A stretch of 64,000 bases of DNA from Catajapyx aquilonaris (lineage: Eukaryota): NCBI GenBank assembly GCA_000934665.2, contig JYFJ02001475.1, positions 1 to 64,000 of the forward strand, written 5' to 3'. The position numbers and the translations under genes were made by a program. The first letter of the stretch is position 1. Every line of letters begins with the position of its first letter. Of this stretch, positions 27,552-40,772 are shown piece after piece. Below the pieces are notes generated by a model. That model was not told the origin of the DNA. It saw nothing but the letters and a program-made list of their open reading frames with translations, and did no database searches.

Positions 27552-27705
27552 GCGACTAGCCAAAATTTGGTAAAACATATAATCAGTATGACAACCATTA
27601 ATTAGATGGTACGTAGTACTATTTTCACGCTCTGCACACTCCTGCCACACTCAGGTGCGAGAGACAGTGGTACTATCAGATCGGACAAACATCCGACGAA
27701 GATAC
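27552..27705 (+). repeat. dispersed repeat (copies at ~44040-44200 and ~56805-56900)
   Basis: Copies 1 and 2 share GCCAAAATTTGG, TAATCAGTA, CGTAGTACTATTTT and CGGACAA.CATC.GACG. All three share TGCACACTC.TGCCAC and TACTATCA. Confidence 0.6.
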
Positions 27706-30700
27706 TGTACTATACCCAATATACAAGGTGTGTCTCACAAATCATATGTCCCCCTCCTTCCCCCCTCTTAACCCAAAGTCGGCACATTCCCACACCCCCG
27801 CACTGCATAGTCTCCCCTCTCCTCCACCCCCTTACTCCCTCCCTATAACCCGTACGAAACAAGCAGCGCAGCGCAGGATGAACCCCCCTCTACCCCCGAC
27901 CCAACTGTTGGAAAAAGCCCTCGATCCGTTCTTCTGCTGCAACAGCCAACCACAGACCAGTTTTGGAAGTGGAGGAAGGCAGGCGGGAATTGTGTTCGGT
28001 TGTAGTGCGTTGTGGCGACGGTTATATTCCGTAGGTGGTGCACGCTGCGTTGGATGGATTGCTCGGTTTAAAATGGTGTGTGACATATATTTTCTTTGCG
28101 AGTGAGCACATTCTTTATTATTAGTGACAATTAATTAATAGTGGGCCAGAAAATGCTGAAAGTAGGCCAAAATCAGTATTTCGGACAAATTCTTCTCACG
28201 TCAACACTGGCATGTATATTGACAAGCTTGAGTGGCAGCTCGGTAGTAAATGACATCTCAGTTTACTAGGGACGTCAAGTAACGCCATTAAAATTTAACT
28301 CGCAAAGAAATGCACTTCTTGAGTTCTGACTTCATTTCCTTCAACAGGCGCCACTTAAACCCTGACCTTCCACTGAATGAAGGAAGGCCAAAATAAGAAG
28401 TGTTTACGTCCTCGCCAGACACGTTCCTTTGATTAGTTTCATCAAGAGCCTCACATTTGATAGTTTAAAAAATATAACTGGACATTATGAGAGGTCATAT
28501 AATGTGAAGAACACGCGAACCTGTGACTGTGTTGCTCCGGATAACTAGGTCCAGACTACGCAGGATATGAGTGATTTTCCAGGTAAGTTATGTAATTATT
28601 TATGTAGGATATTTATTGAGTTCTATGCCGGCCTCATCTCCGCTATCACATCTGCCTATCGGCATAGATCGATATCACGACCGTGACATTTTATAATCCT
28701 TCTCCTCCCTTTACGTAACCTAAAGCCGGCTCTTGTTGTTCCAATCCTAGTTAAAACCCCTCGTCCGTCAAATAGAGGTGCTTGACCATTGTAATAATCC
28801 GCTATGTTGTGGGACCGCTTAATACCTAATTTTAAAACCACAATGAGGCGCTGACGTAGCTCAAAGTGACTAGTCAGTGCTGCTCTCTTCAGTTCAATTC
28901 AAAAATTGCTAATTAATCCAAATTGTTTTTAAAAACGAGCAGATGACTAAAAATCTAACAGCTTGTACAAGTGTCCTATATATAGGACGGTAGTTTCACA
29001 TTTCATTAAACCTCGCTAGAACTGGAGTCAAACGGTGCGGAAATCAGAAATAACCTGATTAATTCCGCATGGTAGCTTCATATAATCCTCAAGAGGCATA
29101 CCTTCTTAGCCTTTTCGGTACCGACCTAACAGGGTGAGTCATAAGATGAATCTAGAATGCAAAAGCATGCTTATCAATTAATCTTTATCGTATAGGGGGG
29201 AAAAATAGGAACTTGGTCTCTGCGACTTTTGACGGCTGAAATGTACCGTGCGACTATCAGTGATTGATTCTAGTATCGATTCAACCTATATTTTCCTGCC
29301 CCCTAGGGTGGGCCCTCCTGTATTTTTTATTGGGGGACAAAATGTGCGACGGATGAAACCTGAGATTCGATGTATGGTTGTCCTGGTAACTGGTTGTGTT
29401 GAAAATGTTTGGCAATTTCCTTCTGATAAGCCTTTTCTGGGCACATCTTGCATCTCAGGTTTCCTTGAAATCTGTCAACGACACTGGGGTTGCCTCTACC
29501 TCGACAGGCGCTCGTCACTCATTTGTCGCCTTGGGGTCTCACCACTTTTCCCAAGGATACCGTGATTAATGGGCTTCCTAGTTGAAACCGTATGGGGAAA
29601 ATGTGTGGCAACCAAGACAAGTCCTCATTCGTTATCGTCATTAGCGAGACATCTAGCTATACACTCCAACATTGTTTTGAACGACTATTGTAGGCTATTC
29701 CATCATATCACCAACGTGCATGTAGTCACCAACGTGCATGTAGTACTACTTTCTCCCAGAGGGCAGCATCAGTGTGCAAAGAGGCCATATGTGCGCCATC
29801 TAGTATCCGCATTTCGTACTATCCGTCCAATTGGTTCACTAACCTGCAAAAAATATTTGTTGAAAAATCAGAAGTTTCCCACATTTGGGGAGATATTCCA
29901 ACTAGGGTTCTCTTGTGCCTCGAAGTTTTATTAGCAACAATTTCCAGGGAATGGTCCGGGGAAAAGTACCTTTTGTCAGCGATGCAAAAAGAGTGTTCCA
30001 GAGCAAGCTTTCTGGTCGCGGCCAATGAAACTCATTAGTCCGGTTAATTATCCATCCCGGAGTTGCGGAATGCATTTGGGAAGTTAATCTAGGTTGGTTG
30101 CAATCCGCCGCATACACACCCTTCCATTTTCTACTTTCTGCCTCATCCTGTATCCCTCAGTGGCCAACATACAACAATCAATTTTTTTAAAATGTGTGTG
30201 TATTTTGCAACAATGTTGAAGTGTGTAACAATCTAGGGCAGGGCTGAGACTCGAGTACGAGCATGCTCCTAGCTATTAGTTTCATCTCACGCACTTCTAG
30301 AGATGCAATTAGGTATTACAGCAACCCACTCAAGTTTGAGTTTCTGAAAACGCCATCAGGCATTTTCAGCCAACTAAATACATTCAGAATGAACCAAGCC
30401 TGTAATGCTGAATCAACATAACTGCAAAATCACTATTACGTTGTCAGAGATTAGCTTAATTTTTTGGCCCATTGTCTCCAACCTGATATTGCACTTTGAA
30501 CTAATTAATGTAGAATGAGCTGTACTTGGAAGGCACCTTTTCACATCAATTGGGTCCTAGCCTTGGATTTGCACACAAATAGCTTCTTCAAACAAACAAA
30601 AATTCATTTTAAAATTATGACAATTTTTTTACATGGGTTTACAAAATGTAGGTTAGAACCCCCAGTAATTATGCAGGTTGCTTCCTAGAACACAAAAATT

Positions 30701-33700
30701 GTCACCTGTCCGTATACACAAACTATTTAAAATTTTAACGTCCCAAATTGCGCGTGCCACGTTAATGGACTTGCCATGATAACTAACGCTCTACTAGAAC
30801 CTTAGCATGCTGACAACAACTTCCTCCTGCATTATTTATCTGGATCCACCAGCTTTAACATCTCTTTAACAGTACAAATGTTCAGTGGCCAACAGGGAGC
30901 AAGTACTGCGGGGTGGGAGGGTGGGTGGGGTGTGTTTGCAAAAAAAAAAAAAAAAGAGTAAAAGAGAAACTCGCGTGAAATTCGCAGCACTTTGGTCCCC
31001 CGCCATCAGGATCGATTCTGGAGCCTAGGAGTTGGGGGCTACAGGTGTCCTGACTTTATTTCACATGCGAGGCTTGCAAGTAGTTACAGGGTTGGACTTA
31101 AGTGAAGAATGACAAAAGTCCAGGGTCCACTGGCCTCTCAGATAGATCTTTTGTGGGAGTAGGAGACCCTAAGGGTTTCACAGGAAACGGATGGAAATTC
31201 GGTCGTATTTCAAAGTTTATGGTTGTACAGGGTGAGTGTAGAAGGCGATTTGGATACAGGGTGAGTGTAGGAGGCGATTTGGATACAGGGTGTTGCATAA
31301 GTTTCAGTTTGGAGCATGTGAACCGAGCGTTGGATCAATGTTGTGGTCATGTGCTGCCTCTGGTGAATAAAATTGTAAGTGTATGCTATCTGATTGGAGG
31401 TGAATAACTAAGTGATCAACTAGTGCTCGAATAAAGCTGGTGTGCCTAATTTCAGCACTCTCAGAGGTGTGGAAGTGGGTTAGGTAGTCCGAACAAACAT
31501 GCATATAAGTAAATTTATAAGTATAGAGATACCGCTGGGAACAATAACGATGAAATAAAACATTAAAATCCATTATCTGAACAAACACCGTAGATGTCAA
31601 AGTAGAGCAAATAGTTACCGTACTATCCACTGGTAATTTGAGGAATTTTGGCTGCTGTGTATACAAAAATGTGCAGACAAATTGCATGCGTGCAAGTTCC
31701 CTTTTTAAACATTACCGCCTACGGTTATTTCTAGGCCACAAATTTGCGGCATGAAATAGGGGCTACTGTACAGCAGTGGTCAAAGGGGAGCTTGGCCATA
31801 CGCCTAACACAACATGTTAATAAATACCAAGGGTGTTATTCACTTTTACCACAACCCATGTTTAAAAAAAATTGCAGTAAGTCGACCAGTGAAGCAGATC
31901 CAGCTGGGCTTATAAAGTTTACTTTTTTCCCTTGCAAAATTGTGATTGACATACAGCAGACCACTTTTTCCACCTTATGCATATTATATGACAAGGAAAG
32001 GCCGGCTACATAACCACCAGCACTCTAGAAAGGTGAAATATTCACATTTCTATATGATGGTCATTTGACCCCTATTTTTTTGACTACAATGTGCATTATT
32101 ATTGTTAGCATGAATTGATTAACATTAGAGTTAGCATAACGTTGGGTTAACTCTGGGCAAATCGGATGCATGTTACACTACCCGTACATTTCGTGTCCCA
32201 CCCATTCCTTTTATTCTCAACGCGTGCACTTGTCCGATTAAAGAGCGCCCAGTATTTCAATTCCCAGACCACATTTCAGAGTAACCTGATTATCTAGAAA
32301 AACCGAATAGTCCAGGTAGTAATTTCCAGCAGCAATTGTACCCAAAGAACAACAATGTATATAGCCTTAGCTTTTATAAATTCTTCTCCTTATTTTCCCA
32401 AATAGCATAGAAATGTTATTTTTATGTGAACGGTGGTCACAAAAGAAGCTGCAGAATTTCATTTCCTGTACTATCCTGTAAGACGGTGGGTCTTTAGGAG
32501 TAATAACCAGACTTGGAAGATACAGTGCACATAGATGTCTCCTTTTGTGTCTTCTCAGGCGTGGTAGTCAAAGGCTGGTGGTTCACAGAATCCAGTTTTA
32601 ATACTATGTCTGGCAACAGTGTCTATGCAGCTGTATGGTTTATCCTAAATGCAGAAAGTCAGGGCTGTATATGGCTGCCATATAGTTTCGCAGAGTTGGT
32701 GCAACATGAAAGGCATAGTTTGGTGGGGCTGTTCAAGTGCAAGTGTGCAAGTACGTTGCTCAAAATGCGGGATTAAACACACTAGCATACTGTCCTAAAC
32801 TCTGAAACAAGTACTGTACAAGTTCACATGAAACGTCAAGTTGTAAAACAAAATCTGGTAATGTGGACACACCCATATATAAACAGGAAAATGACATTTT
32901 ATGAGTCACACAGTGGATGTGAATTATCTGGTGTTGAACATTACAGCAAGTAATTACCTCGTTAATATGGTAAGTCAATTGACTCATATTCGCGGCATGC
33001 TGTAAGTGGCTTATGGACAAACTAAGGCAAACTGACCACCACAATATAGCAGCTTAAACACAGATATAGCAACGCGTAATATCTTCGCGGTTCATATACC
33101 CGTTGTCCATTTAATGAGCATGACCCACACTTCAGGGAAGAAATCCTTCGCGAGTAATAATAATGAGCAGCACTCGCCGTATGGTCATCATGAGGTTGTA
33201 ACACAAGCTCATTAATACCTACACCTGAGGGGGTCTTTATCACCGCCACTTGAAAAGGGAAAAATGTATTATAATTGAAGAGGGTTACCACAGTAATTAA
33301 CTTTTTCCTACAAATTTGATGGTAGGCTACAACCTTACTAACTTTTCTGTAATTATCATAAGAAGATGGTCGTTACGCACTGTAGATTGGGACGCCAAAC
33401 ATTTTGAAGAGATAAAACCTGTCGGTTTTTAATCTCAAGTGCAACAGATGTTTCGCTACAAAAACAAATACCTCCTGACATAATGAGCGAAACGAGTAAC
33501 CTATAATGTAACCATATGCTTTCAATTATCCATAATCCTGCGTATCTGTCTAGCATCATATTTCCCATTTGACGCATACGCTGCCGCTATATCCAGGCCA
33601 ACCCTCCATTTACGTGTGTGTGTAGTCTCTACTTATTAATTCCAAGCTAGATTCAAACTATACTCTTGTTAGCACATCGATGTAAGCCACATAATCAATA

Positions 33701-36700
33701 AATTAGGGTATCCTTATTAACCTTCAGTTCGAAACAACACGATTAGAATCAATATTTTCTCAACTATCTTACTGCAACTTCAACTTAATTAATAATGGCC
33801 TACACAAAGTTCAGCGTTGAGTTATTTACGCCACTGTTTCTGTTCTATTGGTGAAGCCCATTTAAAGATTTATAATGAGCCAGCAAACAGGGATTTTCTC
33901 TCGGTGTAGGAACGTTCCACAGACCAAAATGGACAAATTCACTGTCCCGCAAGTATATACGACACAGTGTACAGTGGCAGTCCTGGCCAAATTCTGGCAC
34001 TGCCTGGTTTGGCACTGCTAATGGCCCTTGGTAGGAAATTGGTGGAGGGTTGCAAAGTGAAAGGCAGCGTTGGGAGGATTCCACAGCAGCACAGCACAGC
34101 CTAATTCTACTCAACGGGATACATTTGCCTAATTACGTCCCATCGTCACTTGGCCACAAACTCCCACGTACATATTCAAAAGGCCATGGCTACTATATAG
34201 CTTGGGAAGACCTTTCGCAATGAATTCCTCAGAGAGATGTGCTAATTTTTGCAATCAAGTAATTATCTAGTAGCCATTAATATAAGTTAAACACACAATT
34301 ACAGGGGTATTGAAACTTCCAGGATGTTGAGAAGTTTGCAGAAATTTTTCGTTGTTGTTGCTGTTTTAGTGGTGTGAACTACTTTGGAGATGAAAGAGTT
34401 GAAGCAGGAGGTCGCCATGATGCGAGAAAAGCCAGATTCCAAGGGATGACAGACTTAAGTCGGCAAAAAAAAAACTTTTAAAAAAGTGTGGCAAAAACTG
34501 AAAAGTAGGTCGAATGTTTGTAGAGAATTAATCCGATTGTAGGATACACCCAAAGTGCAATTAATCCCATTCATTAATATTGTACAAAAAAAGAGGACCG
34601 AATTTATGCTAACGTGAATAAAGTCGAGGCATCATTTCCATAGATAGCGAAAAGAGAGTTACACTAATGCTCTTTGCCCAACTTTTAATTACTCTCAACC
34701 GCTTTCCTGACTTGACTTGGAAATTCCTTCGACTTTCAAACTCCTCGGAAAACTTTCCATCACCATTTCGAACTGGAAAAAAGGGTTCTTAAGTAAACAA
34801 CTCGACCTTTTCAAGTTAATCTTATTATCCATGCCCTGAAGAGTGTAAAAATATCACGGTTTAAAGTCTCAGACCGCAAAAGTGACAAAATAAATGGGTG
34901 TTAAATATTGAGATTTTGTTTACTAGGTGGTAAAGTTATTATTTGACTCCAGTGGGTTATTTTCAGGATGATGAGGATCTCCAGGGGTTTTTCTTTCCTT
35001 TATTAAAGGGCCTCTAACTTTAACCGCCATTATAATTCATCACACTAATTGAACTTCCTCAAAAATCGATGTTGGTTGGGATAAAAATGGAAGGATTCTT
35101 AGCGACCTAGTTTTCTTTAGAATTCGGGACCTTTATTGGCTGATATGTTGATGTCCGGGTAGGTAAATATCATCAATCAAAAGGGGATTGATCTACAAAG
35201 AGTAAGTCTGAAAAAATTAATCAGAACATTTTGCGTCGTATTTTAAAATGTATCTGGCAGGTTATTTTCTGCTCAGTTTGATTTTTCTACACATGAACTA
35301 GCACCTCCAAACTGATTCAATCAATATGATTATTTATTAGAGTTAAATACTAAATCACTATGAAAAGCTGTCAAAATGCATTATTTAAGCAGTTTCTAAC
35401 ACTCCAAAAAATGATTACTTGGCACACTTTGGACAAGTGCATGATACTACAGCTTATCCCTTTTGTAGTACAGTACCTACGATGAGATCGACATCTCGCG
35501 TTTTTGTGCGATCAATTTCTCCATGGCGCCTTGACTTCTCACACAATCGGCACAACACGCAATTAATAAATTAAGGTTGAAAAAAAATGGCATAGATAGT
35601 AGAGCCCAAAATAGCTCTTACAAACCTTGAAAATGAATCTCCCCATGGCAAACACACACCTCTTTAATGGACCCAGACCTTTTTCAAAAACCCAAGATCG
35701 CAGCTTTTTTTTTTTCTTTTTTCCTTTTCATATATTGAAACGTCGGCGTGAACGTAGCCAATTCTCTCCTTTGGCCCGCCAAACTTGGCAAACTTCATCA
35801 AAGAACGGCGGAACAAGTTTCTCCACTGGCCGGAACCGAGACTGTGATAAGAAGAAAATCTTCTCTAATTGGCTCCTTCCCACTCTTTTTTCGTTCTTTC
35901 TTTTGGCGTCTTCTCTATTCCCAACAGCTCTTTAGTTCTGCTTTAGAGCACTCCAGAATTATTGGCATGATATTGTCACTGATTAGTAAAATAGCCCATC
36001 AAATTATTTGATAATATTTATTGAATTCAAATTATTTGTCGAATATGTTTATGAGCAAATGAACAATAGGCATTAATTATTTCCAGGTCAATTGTCCAGT
36101 TGTTCCCACTACTGACCAAAGACAAACCTTGACAATAACTAAAAGGGACACTGTCGTCTCTATAGTTCCAACGACAACTCAGATCCACAATATCTGAGCA
36201 TATCTCCATGATTCAGGGCCCATCCCAAAGAGCACTCAATCACTGAATATGACAGCGATTAAAAGGTCATCCTCCGGGTTTCTGGGTGTGCGTGGGCGTG
36301 TCTGCTGGCACCGGATATTATCAGAGATCGATAAAGTCCAGGTTCCTCTAGGATTGTCAATGCCAAAGGGCAGACACCTCTTCAGAGCACCCGTCGTCCT
36401 TGTTAACTCAATTAGAAGCCTAAGGAAGGTCCTCCACTCCTGGTTTTCTGGACAATTCCAGGCCACCATTTTCTTGGCAAGCTGGCATCAAATTGAATCC
36501 CGGCACTTGCCGTCATTCCCTATCTAGGATTTTGCAATCTGACGAAGGTTGGAGGCCAGTCGTGGGGCTTGCCACACTCTAATTTCATTCGAGGCCCAGT
36601 TTCAGCTGGGACGTGGAGGAAAATCGGTTTTGAAATACGTCAGGCTCGAATGGTATCGATTCCTTATTTATATTACGACGCTTTAATTACTAATGGGATG

Positions 36701-39324
36701 GGTATGTTTGAAGAGTTAATGGCGACAAAATGTGGCATCTGATGGTCACTAGGTCGTTGCTGTTGGGATTGACCAATTATGGCCCACGTTCTGATTGGTG
36801 TCTCCAAATCACTATCAATTTGGAGGCACACTTTGCATACATTGACTCCATTTTGAATCCAGCTCACACACTGGGTTGCATAACATGGCTCATAATTTGA
36901 GTATTTAAAAGCACCACGTGAAAAATGCTGGAAGCTGGATTATCGCTGCTGCGTCGCGCAGAACTATAAGCCAATGCAACGATTAGCAAAAAGGGCTGGG
37001 AACAGTTGCAGTTTTTTTTTGGCAGAGGTAGAACCTGAATCCAATTTTTGCAGTAGGGCGGCACTTGATTGTGTACCAAAAGGGGAGTGCCAATTGGTAA
37101 ATTTCGCAGGCACGACCGTAATGCGTTGAAATTAAAATTAAAAGTGGTTCAATTACAGAGTGCTGATAATTTTATTACCACAATATATTTCAGTTATACA
37201 AAGCTGTGATATTTTGAGAAAATTAAATACCGTACAATCCGACATATATATTTTAAAATTGCATATACACTTGTGTTCATAAAATTTGTCACGGTTTGAC
37301 TCTTTTAGTATCGAATTTATTACAAATCAAAGTCAGACTGTTATGGAAAGGAGAAAATATCCGCATGATTCATCTTACTATTGGAACCTTGATCTGCAAC
37401 AAAAATAACCGAAACTATACTTCAACGTGGCATATTCAAGGACCCGTATCATTATTTTCATAAATTCATAACGTGCACCTTATTGAGTGTGTCTGACTCT
37501 ACTTTCGTATTCTGCAGCAACATGATTTGCATAAAGAACATTATATGCATTACAGTACGAGCTTTATCTTGTGTTTGCAAGCAGGATAATAAAGGTAGGT
37601 CACGTTTTTTTTTCCAATGCATATACTGCTTATTTTACACTTTTTTATTACCGTCGCTACCTCTGCAAATCCTATATAGTCCCCTGGAACGTTTGCTGGT
37701 CGATAAATCAGAAAGTTTGTTACATTGGGCAGTAAATGTGAGGAACGAACTGAGGCCGGAGCCAACTTTCCTCTTTCACTTCCCCAACTCTATAGGATGA
37801 CGAAAACAACAACAACAAAAAACAAATTGATTCATTACACGGTGTCCATAGAGCGACCTTTACAAGAATTCTCGGACCTCTCTGAACAAATTAGGCTCTA
37901 ATTGGGATCAAGTTCTACGTCAGTTGATCTGGACGGCCTGTTTGTGTAATCATAATTTACTCCAATCGTACCTGCAGAATTATTCGTGTAATTACTTATG
38001 AGTATCCGAAATAAAATGATTGAACGTGGGACACTTGTCCTTGGGGCAATGTACGTGTAAGCATTGAAGTTACAGTGCTTTATGGCCTCCAATAAAATAA
38101 TAAACTGGACGAGGAAAATGGTCGCAAAGTTTCAGGCTTGTCACGCAAATTGCACAGTGACAAAAAAATCCAAGTGTAGCAATTAGACGTAATGCAATGA
38201 GCATATACGCACAATGTATGACACGCCAACAAATTTAGATTCCAAGGCAACAACTTCTTTACGAGAGCATCCCCTTCATAAAATTCAATTATATTCGACA
38301 GGAACTGTCATCGGAACTTGGTATAATCTGATTCCTTAGTTAGCTCCCGCAGCATCCTCGCAAGCAGAAATAAAATTCGACTGTAATCCAATCTGGGTGG
38401 TACCTGAATTACCAGGAGAGAAATTCCTGAAAATTCTGAAAATTTCGTTCTCATGGGAGGAGTGAATTTAAAAAAAGTGTCTCATCTATAAAACACAAGG
38501 TGAACCAGAATAATTGAGGTATGCATAAAAATGAGGATGCTGAATATCATGGTTACATGTTGAACACGGTTTCACCCTATCGAATCTTTCCCATCCAGAC
38601 AAGAATATCGATGAGATGATTTTTAGACTGACAAGATAGTCTTTTTTTCCACACCTGATACTATCTCCATTCCCAACTCAATTTGAGATCACATTTTTAG
38701 GTGTAAATGTAGGGTGTCTATAAACTGAATTTTTATTTAACCTCAATATGTCTTCACACTTTGTCCACATAACTTATATGGGCATTTGCCATAAAAGCAA
38801 ATGCATGTTGGGACACGGCCATTTTGCCAGGCCTCTAAATTGTCTATGCGGGAATTCCCCGGGTAAAAATATAATATATAGGAGTAGGGTTGGGTGGTAA
38901 ATCGTTTGTGCACGGCTGCATCTGGATGCCATAGTGGCACTTTTGTGACTGAGTTGGGAATTCCAAAGCACATTGCATTTTTTTTTTTTTGCAACGGTGG
39001 GTGAGTAGGGAGGGTTTGGCAATTCCAGAGACGCAAGTTGCGCTTGGCCAAACTGATCCTGATTGTCGCAAATTGAGCCCGGTTTGTTTGCCACCAGGTC
39101 CCCTCTTTTTCTTTCTAACACGATTGAATCTAACTCACTTGCTAGGTTTTCTAGAAAAAAGGTCACTCACGAATGACCTAGTTTAAGTTAATGAAATTTT
39201 AGACCTTGGCAAAATGTGGTTGTTGTTCGTACAAAATAACAATGAAGGAAAATGTTTGATGTACTATAGGGACGAATTTCTTTTAAACAAACGCAACCGA
39301 GTGCGCACCACAGTTCGCGCAACG

Positions 39325-39443
39325 TGCACGGTTGGCATTATCAGCCCTCTGCATAGTGAGTATACTGCAGTGTGCTTATTTCCAACGCTACACTTGGGAG
39401 GAAACAAGATGGCCGACGTTTGCGACGTTGCCAAATCTCTGGA
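39325..39443. repeat. dispersed repeat, inverted copy at ~43528-43635
   Basis: GTTGGCATTATC...CTTATTTCCAAC.CTAC.CTTGGG...ATGGC.GAC.TTTGCGACGTTGCCAA..CTCTG occurs in reverse complement at 43528-43635. Confidence 0.65.
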
Positions 39444-40646
39444 ATGTTGTTGAATAACCCCCACCCCCACTATTTATCCCGACATGTTCTTACGTCACAA
39501 ACTACAATGCCCCTTTCCGCAATAACCGGTCGTAAAGGTCTCAGCTCCATATCTTTCCTCTAAAAAAGTTGAGTCCGGGAGTAGCTCTTGACCCCGTTTA
39601 GATTGATAGCCTATCAAAGAAGCTCACAAAACTATACATGCGGCACATATGAAGTGGAGACGACCATTCGAGCCAACCTTTGTGACATACGGGGTCAAAA
39701 AAGTCAATAGAAAATTGGGTTGAATTATCGAATAATATAACATTATTCAAAATAACTTACAAAATAATTAAATTAAAGTTAAATTATAAAATATTTCGAC
39801 AGTAAGTTACGTTCTCTCATATTATGGCTGTTTTTTGTGTGTAAAATTCAACGTGGCTACTTTCTATCGACGCTTAAATGCCTCAGGCAATGAAACGAGT
39901 AGGTCGTTTACAATAGGTTGGTCAGCAGACTCGATATACCGCAAAAATACCAATATCCTCTGCCCTACGAGGCAAGCCTGGAGGAATTGGAGCAAATAAG
40001 ACGCAAAGCCGATCGGAATTGATGTATAACGATGTCTACCCCTCGGAACATGTGAGCCCATAAAACACCTGAGGCTTCCTAGAACCAGAAAAAAAAACCT
40101 TGGTCGAACGTGCTCGAATATAATGGTGTCGGTATAGACAGATTCAGCGGAGGTAAAGCATTGCTAAATGGGGAAAAAAGGGATGGTAGACGGCGAATCA
40201 AAGGCGAATCCACTTTTCCATTTGCTAAAAAATCCGTCGATTTTACTTTCTTTTTCTCTTTTTCTGGCCTTTTTCTGATGCCTAGAAGCGGAAGCACAGC
40301 CAATCGATGGCCCCTTTCGCCATGGGATTTACTTCCCTTTGTACCTGCCTCTAATAGGTCCTCGTCTATTCTACTATGCTGGCCCTCTTATCTGAAGGAA
40401 GAGTTATCACGCAATCCTCAACTTGAATTAGAAAGGAAGAGAGGAAGAAGAAGAGGATGAAAAAGCTCCTTCAAAATGTACGATGTCGGGACAGATGTGA
40501 AGAGAAGCACTTTTGGTCGAATAGAACTCGATACAGACGGTTATCTGATTCAGGTGTGACTTATTGTCAGGTGAATATTAGTCAGAAAAGCCATTCATTT
40601 TATTTAAAAAAAAATCGATTTGAGTTATTTTGAAAATTAATCAAAA

Positions 40647-40772
40647 TTGAAGCTGAAAATTTCAATGAACATTTTAAACAACATGAAGATTTTTTTTTTG
40701 TAAAAAACAATGTACCGTATGGTACAAAAATTATCTTTTGTTTGAAATGTTCATTGAAATTTTCAGCTTCAA
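40647..40772. repeat. AT-rich hairpin / MITE-like inverted repeat
   Basis: 28-bp perfect inverted repeat TTGAAGCTGAAAATTTCAATGAACATTT / AAATGTTCATTGAAATTTTCAGCTTCAA, extending imperfectly inward. Confidence 0.7.

Noticed and set aside
31226..31292. 29-bp tandem duplication containing TACAGGGTG
   Set aside because: Only 2.3 copies; ordinary local slippage.
36236..36469. ORF with LPFGI...EDDLLIA resembling LTR reverse-transcriptase motifs
   Set aside because: No YxDD, the intervening sequence does not fit, and there are no LTRs or other pol remnants; probably chance.
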